In this document: positions 38,307-48,341 of the stretch, piece after piece
How the letters are laid out: each line of letters begins with the position of its first letter
How positions within the stretch are numbered: position 1 is the first letter of the stretch
IMG/VR virus record: IMGVR_UViG_3300037258_000161
Coordinates: 44,412 to 108,411 of that record
DNA length: 64,000 nucleotides
Source of the DNA: a virus
Direction: 5' to 3' (one strand)
Position numbers and translations under genes: made by a program
The notes under the pieces: generated by a model
The model's input: only the letters and a program-made list of their open reading frames with translations
What the model was told of the DNA's origin: nothing
Databases searched by the model: none

Positions 38307-38412
38307 TCATCGCCCTTATGATGCCTCACCGTTCTAGCACTGTCAACACTTACATAAGGGTGTTGTCGCGTAGTTACTTTGCCGGCAGAGTTGGAAGACC
38401 TACGCTGTAGGC

Positions 38413-38802
38413 GTGACGAAGGGGCAGAGCGCGCACGAGGAGATCGCGGCCGGGATACGCAAGCGCATCCTGAGCGGCGACCTGGCGCCCGGAGACCGGG
38501 CCGTGGCATCACTGGACGCGGCGGCGGCCGAGCATGGCGTGGCAGTCGGCACGGTCCGCGAGGCACTGCGGCTGCTCGCCGGCGATGGGCTGGTCGTGAC
38601 CCGGCCCGGCAAAGGCTCGTTCGTGATCGCGGCGGACCTGGCGGCGGACGGCACGGAGGGTGGTGCGCCCATCAGCCTCGCCGACGTGCGCAAGCTCCAG
38701 GAAGACGTCGCCGGCCTGAAGGCTGACGTCGCGGAGCTCCAGTCACAGCGGGGAATCAGCAGGGGGCGGAAGCGGGAGCGCAGCAATGAGAAGTCTGGCT
38801 AA
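38413..38802 (+). CDS. GntR-family repressor (KorA/TraR-like)
   Basis: IAAGIRKRILSGDLAPGD...HGVAVGTVREALRLL...GLVVTRPGKGSFV; divergent from the tra operon. Confidence 0.82.
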   Translation: MTKGQSAHEEIAAGIRKRILSGDLAPGDRAVASLDAAAAEHGVAVGTVREALRLLAGDGLVVTRPGKGSFVIAADLAADGTEGGAPISLADVRKLQEDVAGLKADVAELQSQRGISRGRKRERSNEKSG

Positions 38803-39568
38803 CGCAGAAGTCATCAGCCTTGCGGCCAGGAGGGCGAGCCCGCCGGACTTCCGCGGCGTGGCATCATCCCAGTTCCGGGGCGCCCGGGAGAAGCTCGGCG
38901 TCGGTCAGGAGGAGTTCGCGGAACTTCTCAGCGACATGACCGGCTGGGATGTTGACCCCGACCTCATTGGCCCCTGGGAGCAGGGGCGCGGCATCCCGAC
39001 CGCTGACGTCCTGCTCGCTGCCAGGCACCTCGCCGGCGAGGAGGCAGCCGAGCCGTCCGGGGTCCTGCTGGCAGAGGTGCCGCAGGGTTTCCCGGCGCAG
39101 GCACTCGCCGGCTGGTGGCTGACCTGTTACGACTTCTCCCACGCCGGCGAGCGCCGGTACCACGCTGACGTGGCCTGCGTGAGTGCAGTGACCGGGCGCA
39201 GCGTGCGGGTCACGAACTACCCTCCGCAGCCCCGGACCGAGGGCCGCGCGTCCGGGTTCAGGAATGAAATCGAGGCCCAGCTGGCGAGCCGCCACCTGAT
39301 GGGGCACTGGCGCAATGTCAGCGACACGCGGTACTTCGGTACCCTGCATCTCGCCGTGCTGCCCGGGGAGACCATCATGGATGGCTACTACACGGGGTTC
39401 GCCAGCGACATCCAGGTCTCCGAAGGGCACTGGAAGTGGGCACGGCTGGACACGGAGACCGCGCCGCAGATGGCCTTGCGGGAGCCGGCCGCCCTGCACG
39501 GCCTCATCATGGAACGCTCGCAGGACGACCCGCCGCTGGAACTGGCCGAGATCGGGGAGGATGCCTGA
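38786..39568 (+). CDS. XRE HTH regulator with C-terminal beta-barrel domain
   Basis: AREKLGVGQEEFAELL...WEQG; C-terminal GHWRN...YFGTLHLAV...MDGYYTG. Confidence 0.7.
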   Translation: MRSLANAEVISLAARRASPPDFRGVASSQFRGAREKLGVGQEEFAELLSDMTGWDVDPDLIGPWEQGRGIPTADVLLAARHLAGEEAAEPSGVLLAEVPQGFPAQALAGWWLTCYDFSHAGERRYHADVACVSAVTGRSVRVTNYPPQPRTEGRASGFRNEIEAQLASRHLMGHWRNVSDTRYFGTLHLAVLPGETIMDGYYTGFASDIQVSEGHWKWARLDTETAPQMALREPAALHGLIMERSQDDPPLELAEIGEDA

Positions 39569-39982
39569 ATGGCGCTCACCAGGGAGCATGTCGAGGACGT
39601 CATCGCCACCTACATCCAGGCGTGGCAGCAGCAGGACCCGGATCTCATCGTGACGATCTTCACCGAGGGCGCCCGGTACCACGAGCGCGTCATGGAAGCG
39701 GCGATCCCGGACCGGGAAGCGATCCGGCGGTACTGGGAAACGAAGGTGGTCGGCGCCCAGGCGAACATCACCTGCAAGCTGCTGAGCCTCTACGTGGACG
39801 GCACCACGGCCATCGCCGAATGGGAAGCCGAGTTTGACGATCTCGTCAAGGGCGCGCGGAAGCGGATGCGCGAGGTGGCCATCCTCGAGTTCGAGGACGG
39901 GCTGATCGCCAGCCTGAGGGAGTACTGGGCCAGTGAGCAGGTCGGGCACCTGGCCTCGGCCGGGAGTAACGGGAGCGGCTGA
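39569..39982 (+). CDS. SnoaL/NTF2-like protein
   Basis: YIQAWQQQDPD...IFTEGARY...IRRYW...AIAEW...FEDGLIASLREYW. Confidence 0.8.
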   Translation: MALTREHVEDVIATYIQAWQQQDPDLIVTIFTEGARYHERVMEAAIPDREAIRRYWETKVVGAQANITCKLLSLYVDGTTAIAEWEAEFDDLVKGARKRMREVAILEFEDGLIASLREYWASEQVGHLASAGSNGSG

Positions 39983-39986
39983 CGCT

Positions 39987-40037
39987 CAGCACAGAAGCAC
40001 GCCCCGGCCATCGCGGCCGGGGCGTGCTTCTGTGCTG
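39987..40037. terminator. Perfect 23-bp inverted repeat
   Basis: CAGCACAGAAGCACGCCCCGGCC-ATCGC-GGCCGGGGCGTGCTTCTGTGCTG just after the stop codon. Confidence 0.7.
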
Positions 40038-40077
40038 GCCCCCTTGCAATCGCCCACCGTAGTGGGATGCTCACAGG

Positions 40078-40344
40078 ATGATCTGGGTCATCCTCCTCGG
40101 TGCCGCGCTCTTATACGTCCTGTCCTGGTACATCCACCCGCTGATGGCGTGCCCGGCCTGCAAGGGCGCTTCCCGGCACTACGGGGCGCTGCACCGCTCC
40201 AAGTTCCGCTTCTGCCACGTCTGCGGGGGCAACGGGAGGGCGGTGCGGCCCGGGGCGAAGGTGCTCATGTCCGCGGGACTGATGAAGAACGGCGCCGAGC
40301 GGACGGGGAGCTACGGGTGGGCGCGGAGGAACCGGCGCCGCTAG
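40078..40344 (+). CDS. Small membrane protein with DnaJ-type zinc finger
   Basis: TM helix + CPACKG...CHVCGGNG. Confidence 0.6.
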   Translation: MIWVILLGAALLYVLSWYIHPLMACPACKGASRHYGALHRSKFRFCHVCGGNGRAVRPGAKVLMSAGLMKNGAERTGSYGWARRNRRR

Positions 40345-40898
40345 CGCTTCCAGGACACTAGCCGGATCCCCAGCGACCCTCCGGTGCCAAGCTGGGCGTC
40401 TGCAGCGCTGTCGGCAGAGCGTGACACCCTGGGCACATGACGCTAGCCCCAGCAGAAGCCGCAGCGCTCTACCGCGATAAGAAGCTCTCGGCGTGCGAGA
40501 TCGCGCAGCTTCACAAGCTCACCCCGCAGGGCGCGGCAGCGAGGATACGGACTGGCGGTCTTGGCGGCGTGACGTGGTGCCGGATCCACCGCACCTACGA
40601 GGACGTGAGCCTTGTCAACGCTGAGGCGGTCTCGTACATGGCTGCCCGCTGGGGTGCCTGACGCGCGCTCGCTACCAGGCGTGATGATTCCCGGGCCTTG
40701 CGCACAGGCCGTGACGAAGCGGTAACCTGAGCCCGACAACTGAAACGCCCCCGGCCGACGCTTGCGACGCCGGACGCGGGGACTTGCCTCCACCGATCCG
40801 TTGAAAGCCCGGTGACGACCAAGCATGAGCGTACCTTTCAAGCGCCTGCGAGCGCAGCGCCCCCCTGTAGCTAACCCGCTACTCCCTGCGATCTAGCC

Positions 40899-41456
40899 GT
40901 GACGCTCGGCGCAAGGTGCCAGCACTCCGACGCCGCAGACTGCCTCGCCGACATAGCCGTCAAGCTCGGCGTCCGGCCACGCGAGCAGTTCCCGCACAAG
41001 TACGTCGGCGACTGTCCCGTCTGCGGGCACCACGACAAACTCTCCGCCGAGCCGGGCACGGGCGACTGGATCGTCTGGTGGTGCAACCGCCGCAAGCGCG
41101 GGCAGGCTGGATGGTGCGACCCGGCCGAGATCCGCGGCAAGATCCTGGAGAGCGTTAGCGCCGACCACCTCGGCGGCTACGCGCGGTTCCGCTCCGACGT
41201 GAAGCCGCGCCTGTCCCGTGACGACCAGCTCGCCCAGGCGCTCCGCAAGCTCTCGCGGATTGAGCGCCTACTGCGCACCGAGGGGATGCCGCCTGCTGAC
41301 CTGCGCGTGAGGATCGGCGCGGAACTCTGGAACGACGGCACTGAGCCGGACGACCGGGGCGGCTGGCTGGCTCTCGCCGAGGAATCCGGGGTTGGACGCA
41401 GCCAGCGCTACGAGGGATGGGCCCGGAGGATGGGGGGTCGTCTGCGACGCCAGTAG
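40899..41456 (+). CDS. Primase-type zinc-finger protein (putative replication protein)
   Basis: CPVCGHHD..S...WWC...C. Confidence 0.5.
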   Translation: MTLGARCQHSDAADCLADIAVKLGVRPREQFPHKYVGDCPVCGHHDKLSAEPGTGDWIVWWCNRRKRGQAGWCDPAEIRGKILESVSADHLGGYARFRSDVKPRLSRDDQLAQALRKLSRIERLLRTEGMPPADLRVRIGAELWNDGTEPDDRGGWLALAEESGVGRSQRYEGWARRMGGRLRRQ

Positions 41457-41509
41457 TAGGTCCCCAGCAAAGGAGTTGTCAAGTCGTGCAGGTCAGAGGC
41501 ATATCGCAA

Positions 41510-41585
41510 TCCGGAAACCGGACGATCGGAGGTGCCCCCGTCCGGAAACCGGACGGATTCTCGGGGCATCGTCCGGAAACCGGAC
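41510..41585. repeat. Three TCCGGAAACCGGAC repeats with 31-bp period
   Basis: Copies start at 41510, 41541 and 41572. Confidence 0.85.
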
Positions 41586-44388
41586 AACGGGCAAAGTGGA
41601 CACAGGAAAGTGGGGAAGACCATGAGCGCAACATCGGCGCCTGACCCGGAGCCAGTTGAAGTCGGCTCCGTTGAGGAGCTTGAGGGATACCTCCGCCAGG
41701 CGGTCACCGCAGGGAACATGCCGGACGTGCTGTGCCTGCTGGAGGTGGCCCGGGAGATGGGGCCGGACATCGCCGACCGGGTCTACGGGGACATCGTGCG
41801 CCCCGGTCTCGTTGCCCGGTGGCAGGCCGGGATTCAGGGAGAACCCGGTGCCCCGGAACTGACCGAGGATGAACTCGCGATGCTCATGCAACTGGCTAGC
41901 GACTGGATCGGAGCGAGCCGGGCGGACTCTCGGTGAGGGAATCACTACCGATTGGCTTGACGGTGGTTAGCACCTGCGCTACGGTCAGTCCATCAGAGGT
42001 GCTAACCACCAGAGAGGACCACCCGATGCCAGTGCCGGATCTCAATCCAGCCGAACCGCCCGAGGTTACGGACGAGCGGATCTACGAAGATCTCAAGGCC
42101 TACCAGGACGCGGGGATGCTTGAGTACGTCCTGCTCACCGAGCCGCTCGGTGAGCAGTGGATCGTCGGCTGGAACGGCACGATCCTCAAGTTCGTGACCA
42201 AGGAAGGCATCGTCGGCTTCCTGACCGGCATCCAGGTCTGCGCCACGTTCGCGGCCAAGATGCGCAGGCAGTCGGACCCCTTGGCGGAGATGTTCGGCCG
42301 CTCCTGATGCCCAACAAGCACAAGAACCCGATGCTCGGCTGGCACCCGCCGGCCGAGCTTTCGGGGTGGGTGCGCGCCGAGGCTGAGCGTCGTGGCGTTC
42401 CCTACGGGGAGATCCTGACCGAGGCTGTTGAGGGGTACCGCCGCAAGCAGGAGGCAGAATCATGAGCGCCCGATCCCGCAGTCTCAATGCCCTCGCTGAT
42501 CACATGGAGTGGCTGCGCGACGGCGGCGCGGGCTCCCCCGGCAAGGACGGCCCGGAGATCTACACCGCGCGGGACATCTGGGAGCGGGGCGCGGACATGG
42601 CGAGGCGCACCGCTGACGAGCAGACATGGACCGCGCGATTCCTGCGGCTGTTCCCGCTGAGCTTTCAGGCTTGGCTTGAGCAGATCCGCGTCAAGCACGA
42701 GACCAAGGAGAACGAGCGATGAGCACCGAGACGGGAACCTTGCACTCCCGCTTCGCGCACTCGGACTACGAGTACGAGACCACTACCGGCCAGCGCAAGG
42801 CATGGGACGCCGCAGACGTTCCGCCCGAGGGTGAGGGATGGGAGCGGAACGTGGACGCGGGTCGCCCTGGTGAGGGGTGGGACCGATTCGACTACCACGA
42901 GGAGTCGTACTGGCGGCGCCCGAAACGGGCCCACCTCTGGCCCTGCGGCTGCCTGCGCAACGACGCCGGGGCACACAGGGCAGGCTGCCCTGATCACCCG
43001 GAAGGAGTACGGGGATGAGCGCCGCCCTGACGATGGATGACGCCGACCAGTTGCGCGATCTGGCAGACCGCTCAGAACGAGCCGCGGGAACCGCGCTGCG
43101 GGCACAGCAGGCCGAGGCGGACCAGATGCTCGCCGGCTGGCTGGAGGATCTCAGCAACCGTCTCGGCGATGCGGCCGACCTTGCCCGGCGCATCGCTGGC
43201 TACCTTGAGCGCGGCGAGGGGAATCGATGAGCACCGAGCCGGTAGGGCTGAAGTGTCCTGGCTGCGGAGAGCCGCCCGTGTTCCTGCTCGGTGGCGGTAC
43301 GCAGGCGTTCTGCCAGACCGACGACTGCCCTTGGTTCACGTGGGATCCCACCAAGACTCTTGCCGACCTGAACGCCGACTCGAAGGTCATCGACCTTGAA
43401 GGCCACGACACCCAGGAGGGGGAGCGATGAAGGACTACCGGATCGACGGGCCACCCGAAGCCCGGCAGCTTGTCCGCGAGCACCGGGCCTGCGAGACCGC
43501 ACCGGACGGGACCGGGGCCTGGTGCACGTGCAGTTTCGGGTGCGCCAACTACTGGCTGCGTTCCCGGGGATTCAGGGCCGGGGACGGGCAGGACACGAAG
43601 GGGGAGCGGTGAGCAGCTGCATCTACGTCACGTTCGACGAGGACGAGGGCGTCACCGGCGAAGCCTGGACTGAGTTCTGCCGCGAGCACGGGATCCGCTA
43701 CAGCCCGCAGACGGTCGGCCAGAACGTCTTCTACGCTGGCGACGTGGAGATTCACTTCGGCGCCAAGGACGGCACGGCACCGACATTGCGGCCCGGCGGC
43801 GGCTACGACTGGGACACCGCAAAGCCACCGGACTACGCGGAGGAGATTACTTTCCGGACCGTCTACGGTCACGCACTGGAACGACTGGCGGAACTGGCCC
43901 GCACCTTCTGGCTCCAGTTCGGCGGGGCGGTGTGCGCCGAGGAGACGCTGCGGCACCTGTTCGCCACTGGCACCGGGGCGCAGCGCAGGACGGTGATCAG
44001 GGACGTGATTGTTCGCGACCAGGGCGAGATCACAGCCTGACCATCCCCGGATCCGGTGGTGATCCATTCCCCTCCCTGGTGCGTCTGTCCCCAAGAGCAC
44101 ACCGAAGCCTTGAGGGGGGCCCAAGATGCTCAGCCTGTTACTCCGCCGCCACCACGGACGCCACGAGGCACCGCCGCCGCAGCCACCACGGGAGATGCCC
44201 GCCACCCCGCCGCCGCCGGAACGCTTCTGGCCAGTACTGCGCTGGCTGGAGCAGAAAGCCGCGGGGATCCGGAGCGACCCGGTCTACGAGGCGGAGATGG
44301 CTGCGTTAGCGGCGGAGCTGGACACCTGGCAGCGGGAGCAGGACGGGTGACCGGAGCGCTACGCTCAGTTGCATGGCGAAGGATCACA

Positions 44389-44789
44389 TGACCGCCGTCC
44401 GGTTCGACACCGCGACGATTGAGGCCGTCAAGCTGGCAGCCGAGGCGCGCGGCGGTTCGGTCAGCGACTGGATCCGCGATGCCGTTCAGCGGGAAGTGGA
44501 CCGCCGTGGCAGTAGCCCGACGAGCACCAGCGCCGTGCCGCCCGCACTGCGCCCGGACGACTGCGTGTCGATGGCGCTCACCATCGGGCCGGGCGACTCC
44601 TGGCACATCGTGGTGAAGACGGGCCAGCGGGCTGGCCGCTGGTGCTGCGAGGAAGGTCACGGCTCGCCCGAGGATGCCTCGGCACATGGTGCACTACTGG
44701 CCATCCAGGCGCTGAGCGCGTGGGCGCGAAGCCTGCAGCCCCCCGCCATCGGCGCCCTGATTCTCAGAGGCGAGAGCACTGCAGCATGA
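44389..44789 (+). CDS. RHH-domain protein
   Basis: TAVRFD...VKLAAEARGGSVSDWIRDAV. Confidence 0.55.
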
Positions 44790-45907
44790 ACGCGCTCCCG
44801 TGGCTTATCGCCGGCGCTGGCATAGGGAGCACCTTCGGATGTGGCCTCGGCTGGTGGTTCGCGCAGAGGGAGCGGACGCGACTGGAGGGAATCCTCGCGG
44901 AGTGGCGCCAAGGGAAGCGCGTGGCGGTGATCGTGCAGGGCTCTTATGCAGAGGCCACGAAGGTAGATGCCTGATGACCGAGCCCATCGTGACCGCCGAG
45001 ATCTGCCTCGGCCGCATCAGCGACAAGAGGACCCGTGACGTGCTGCGCCAGGCCTGCCATGAAGCGGGGTACTCCCCGGTGTGGATCAGGAACCGTGCCG
45101 GGAAGATCCTGGGGGCCATCGTGACCGAGGACCAGGCGCGCGATGTGGCGTGGCGGGAGATGGTAGCGCTCGGGGACCAACTGCAAGGAGGTGGCACCGT
45201 GGAAGGCGACGACTGATGGCGCTCCTCCGTCACGCTGACCACGACCCGGAGATCGTCTGCCGACCGGCCGGGAATGGCCTGTGCGAGCCGATGGACGAGG
45301 ACAGGGCACGCAGGCTGAGGCAACTGCTCGACGAACTGGCACCGGGCTGGCGGGAGAGGGCCGTTGCTCACCTGCCCCCGCTCGAACCCCGCTAGGCTCG
45401 TCCTGGCTATTCACCAGAGGGTCCGGATCGCGATGAGGCGGCCGGGCCCTCTGTCGTGCCTGCTCACGACGTGGTTGTGGACGTCCTAAACCATCTGGTA
45501 GTACCGTAGCAACGGTAGTAGCTGTACCAATAGGACCAAGGGGACAAGACGTGACGGGTGATCTCAGCGCCGGCGAGCGTGTCCAGCGCGGCCTCCAGCG
45601 CCTCGCCGCCGGGTGCCCGCTCTGGTTCGGCAACCGCAACGCCCCGCCCGTCGAGCCCCTGTTCCTCGACTTCACCGACCCCGCCCACAGCCTCCTCGCC
45701 GCGATCTTCGGCAGCCACGAGATCGGCCTGCACCTCCTGAACATCGCCCCGGAGGAAGCGGTCAGCTACGGCTTCATGGCTGCAGACGAGGCTGACAACG
45801 CCGCCCTGCGGCGCCTGTGGGCCATGTGCGCCAGCTCAAGCCGCGCCGAGGCGGCCTCCACCGCCAGTACCAGCCCGCTCCGCCCGCCCTGCTGAAAGGA
45901 ACCGCAA

Positions 45908-46087
45908 ATGAAGCTCGCCGCAGTCAGACGAAGGAAGATCCTCGCCACCGTGTTCGCCGCCGCCCTCAGTGCGGGTATCGCGCCCGCCGTCCTGTCCGCC
46001 GCGCCAGCATCTGCTGGAGTCACGGCCACCTGCCCCGCCGGCCAGCACCTCGTCCACGGAGCCTGCGAGAACATGCACTACGAGTAA
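45908..46087 (+). CDS. 59-aa secreted peptide precursor (not in ORF track)
   Basis: AAAGGA RBS; MKLAAVRRRKILATVFAAALSAGIAPAVLSAAPASA|GVTATCPAGQHLVHGACENMHYE*. Confidence 0.7.
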   Translation: MKLAAVRRRKILATVFAAALSAGIAPAVLSAAPASAGVTATCPAGQHLVHGACENMHYE

Positions 46088-46133
46088 CCAGGACTGCGGC
46101 CAGCAGGTCCAACGTCCCCTGTATCGGCCGCGG

Positions 46134-46176
46134 AAGACCCCGGCAACCTTGCACACCAAGCGTTGCCGGGGTCTTT
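46134..46176. terminator. Terminator-like hairpin between convergent genes
   Basis: AAGACCCCGGCAAC...GTTGCCGGGGTCTT. Confidence 0.7.
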
Positions 46177-46185
46177 GCTTTGCGG

Positions 46186-47826
46186 TCAGCCGCCCGCGAC
46201 CTGCTCCCACGGGTATGCGGCCCGCTTGCCCGCTTCCAGCAGCGGGACCATGCGGAATGCCTGGTCGGTCAGGCCGCCCATCGCGTGCCGGTTGCCGTGG
46301 CCAGCGGGAGCCGCGCCGTGCGAGTAGCCGGCGAAGTTCCACATGTAGACCGGGACGTGAGCGGGGATCAGTGAGTCCGTGAAGGTCTCGCCCATGCCGC
46401 CGTTGTAGAGCATGTTCGATGGCAGGTAGCCCGGCCTCGTCTGCTCGTCGGTGACGATCAGCACCCGGTCATGCCCGGCGTAATGCCGCTTGACGGCCGA
46501 CGGGATGTCGGTGCCCGGGCTCTGGGTGAACTGCTCAGCGAGGCGCAGGACGCTGCCGCCCCTGGAGACAGGGATCTCCCGGCTCTGTCCCCCGAACTCG
46601 GCCAGCGTCGGGCTCTCCGCCCGCAGGGCGACGGCCGAGCCGAACAGTGCCGCCATCTCCGCCAGCGGGATGTCCGACTTGGAGGGCGTCGAGAACCCGT
46701 AGCCCGGGAACATCGACGGCGAGCGGTCCACGAGGATCAGCGTCCGCCCCGGCAGTGCGGGCACGCTGGCCAGCGATGCCGTGATGGCCTTGTCCAGCGC
46801 GTGGCCCCACCGCATCGAAGCGGTGTGCTTGTGCGCGGCCCAGAAGCGGAACGGGAACATCCGCGACTCCGCCACCGCGGCCGGGTCGCTGATCCGCGCC
46901 GACACCTGCCCGGCCACGTCGTCAGGAACGCCGGCCTGGTCGAAGTTCCGCAGGTTGCGCACCAGCGCGAAGATGCCCATCGACGGGATGACCGCCTGCC
47001 ACGCCGCCGCGTCCATCGGCCCGTTCAGCCACCCGGCCAGCGCCTCCCAGGTGATCCCCGCGTCCGCGAGCCTGCCGATGCCCTCCGGGTCACGGATGAA
47101 CGCGTTGCGCTCGGCCTGCGGGATGGCCATAAGGGCGGCGTGGCGCCGGAGCATCCCCAGCGTCTCCGGGATCTCGTTGTCCCGGCCGTGCCTGCGGTCC
47201 AGCGCACACCCGAGCAGGTCGTAGCGCCACGTCCCCCGGATCTCCGGGTGATGGTAAGCCGGCGTGACCAGGTCGATCACGTCACCGAACCGGACCGCCC
47301 GGCTGTCGCTGTCGTACTTGAGCAGTGACCGCTCGTCGTAGAGGCGGACAACGGCATCAGCGAGGCCGCGCTTGACCGAGATCGGGACCGGCTTGCCGTA
47401 CTGGCCGAGCCAGTAGGCGAGCAGTTCCCCCGGCTCGTCGCCGCGCTGGAGCACGGAGGCGATAAGTGCCCGGCCGCCCGGCTCCTTCGCTTCCTGACGC
47501 GCCTTTACCGCCTCGGCCGCACCAATGAGCGGCGCGGTCCGCATGTTGGCGTCGGAACGCAGCCAGGACAGGAAGCTGGTCAGCCACGGCAGGTCTTCCA
47601 CGGCGAGCTGGCGCACGAGCCGGGCGTAGCGCGAGTCGCGCTCCTTGCCGCTCTCATAGAAGGAATCCTCGGCACCCATGTTGGCGACGCCGAGCAGGAA
47701 CAGTTCCGACTTGGCCTCGCGTGCGAAACCCGGCGCACCCTCATGCGTGGTACCTGACGGGATCGTCTCGCCACTGATCGGACTACGGCCCGGGGCCCGG
47801 ACGGTTCCCTTGTTGAACTTGCTCAT
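46186..47826 (-). CDS. rsr: Ro60/Rsr TROVE-domain RNA-binding protein with vWA domain
   Basis: ELFLL...FYESG...WLR....MRTAP...RGDEPGE...VKRG.AD...KYD...TWE.L...ALVRNLRN...FPFRF...LVDRSPSM...VTDEQ. Confidence 0.9.
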   Translation of the reverse strand: MSKFNKGTVRAPGRSPISGETIPSGTTHEGAPGFAREAKSELFLLGVANMGAEDSFYESGKERDSRYARLVRQLAVEDLPWLTSFLSWLRSDANMRTAPLIGAAEAVKARQEAKEPGGRALIASVLQRGDEPGELLAYWLGQYGKPVPISVKRGLADAVVRLYDERSLLKYDSDSRAVRFGDVIDLVTPAYHHPEIRGTWRYDLLGCALDRRHGRDNEIPETLGMLRRHAALMAIPQAERNAFIRDPEGIGRLADAGITWEALAGWLNGPMDAAAWQAVIPSMGIFALVRNLRNFDQAGVPDDVAGQVSARISDPAAVAESRMFPFRFWAAHKHTASMRWGHALDKAITASLASVPALPGRTLILVDRSPSMFPGYGFSTPSKSDIPLAEMAALFGSAVALRAESPTLAEFGGQSREIPVSRGGSVLRLAEQFTQSPGTDIPSAVKRHYAGHDRVLIVTDEQTRPGYLPSNMLYNGGMGETFTDSLIPAHVPVYMWNFAGYSHGAAPAGHGNRHAMGGLTDQAFRMVPLLEAGKRAAYPWEQVAGG

Positions 47827-47872
47827 CCTGCGACCCTCTATCACGGAGGGGAGGGAGTCTCACTTCAGACGG

Positions 47873-47944
47873 CGCGCCCGACAACGGGACGGCCGGAGGT
47901 GTTTTCACCGAAAGAAGTAACCCCTGGCCTGCACTTCGGGCGCG
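47873..47944 (-). ncRNA. Y-RNA-like hairpin, copy 1
   Basis: CGCGCCCGA-AGUGCA-GGCCAGGGGU-UACUUC...ACCUCCGGCC-GUCCCGUUG-UCGGGCGCG; upstream of rsr; strand inferred from rsr. Confidence 0.7.
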
Positions 47945-47960
47945 ACGTCATGAAGTTGTT

Positions 47961-48033
47961 CCCTCCCGATAACGGATCGGCGGCGGCATGGTCTTCTAGC
48001 AGGAAGTAGCCGTCACCAGCACTTCGGGAGAGG
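47961..48033 (-). ncRNA. Y-RNA-like hairpin, copy 2
   Basis: CUCCCGA-AGUGCU-GGUGACGGC-UACUUC...GCCGCCGCC-GAUCCGUUA-UCGGGAG; compensatory changes relative to copy 1. Confidence 0.7.
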
Positions 48034-48077
48034 TGCTGAATCAGAACCTAGCCGATGACCGCGCATGATGCACGTTG

Positions 48078-48341
48078 TTACTGTCCGTCATCCGCCCAGT
48101 CCTCCCGCTGCCTGACTCTCGTGCCGATAGTTGCCGCCGTCTGGACGTGCCCGGAGTCCCGCAGGATCTCCAGTGCCCTGCGCACTGTCCCCCGGCTGAC
48201 CCCCCATTCGGCAGCCATGTCCTTCTCGCCGGGCAGCACGTCACCAGGCCGCAGTTCCCCCGCCTCGACCTGCGCCCGCACCGCTCTTGCGAGCTGAACA
48301 TACAAGGGCACCCCAGCCCACTTATCCAATCTGCGCACCAT
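48078..48341 (-). CDS. GntR-family winged HTH regulator
   Basis: PLYVQLA...GELRPGDVLPGEKDMAAEWGVSRGTVRRAL. Confidence 0.82.
   Translation of the reverse strand: MVRRLDKWAGVPLYVQLARAVRAQVEAGELRPGDVLPGEKDMAAEWGVSRGTVRRALEILRDSGHVQTAATIGTRVRQREDWADDGQ

Noticed and set aside
41510-41585. Possible mini-CRISPR array
   Set aside because: 14-bp repeats with 17-bp spacers are too short and there are no cas genes; treated as iteron-like
44974-45216. Possible second Phd/YefM-like antitoxin (PVWIRNRAGKILGAIV)
   Set aside because: Resemblance limited to one short motif; cannot be supported without a profile search
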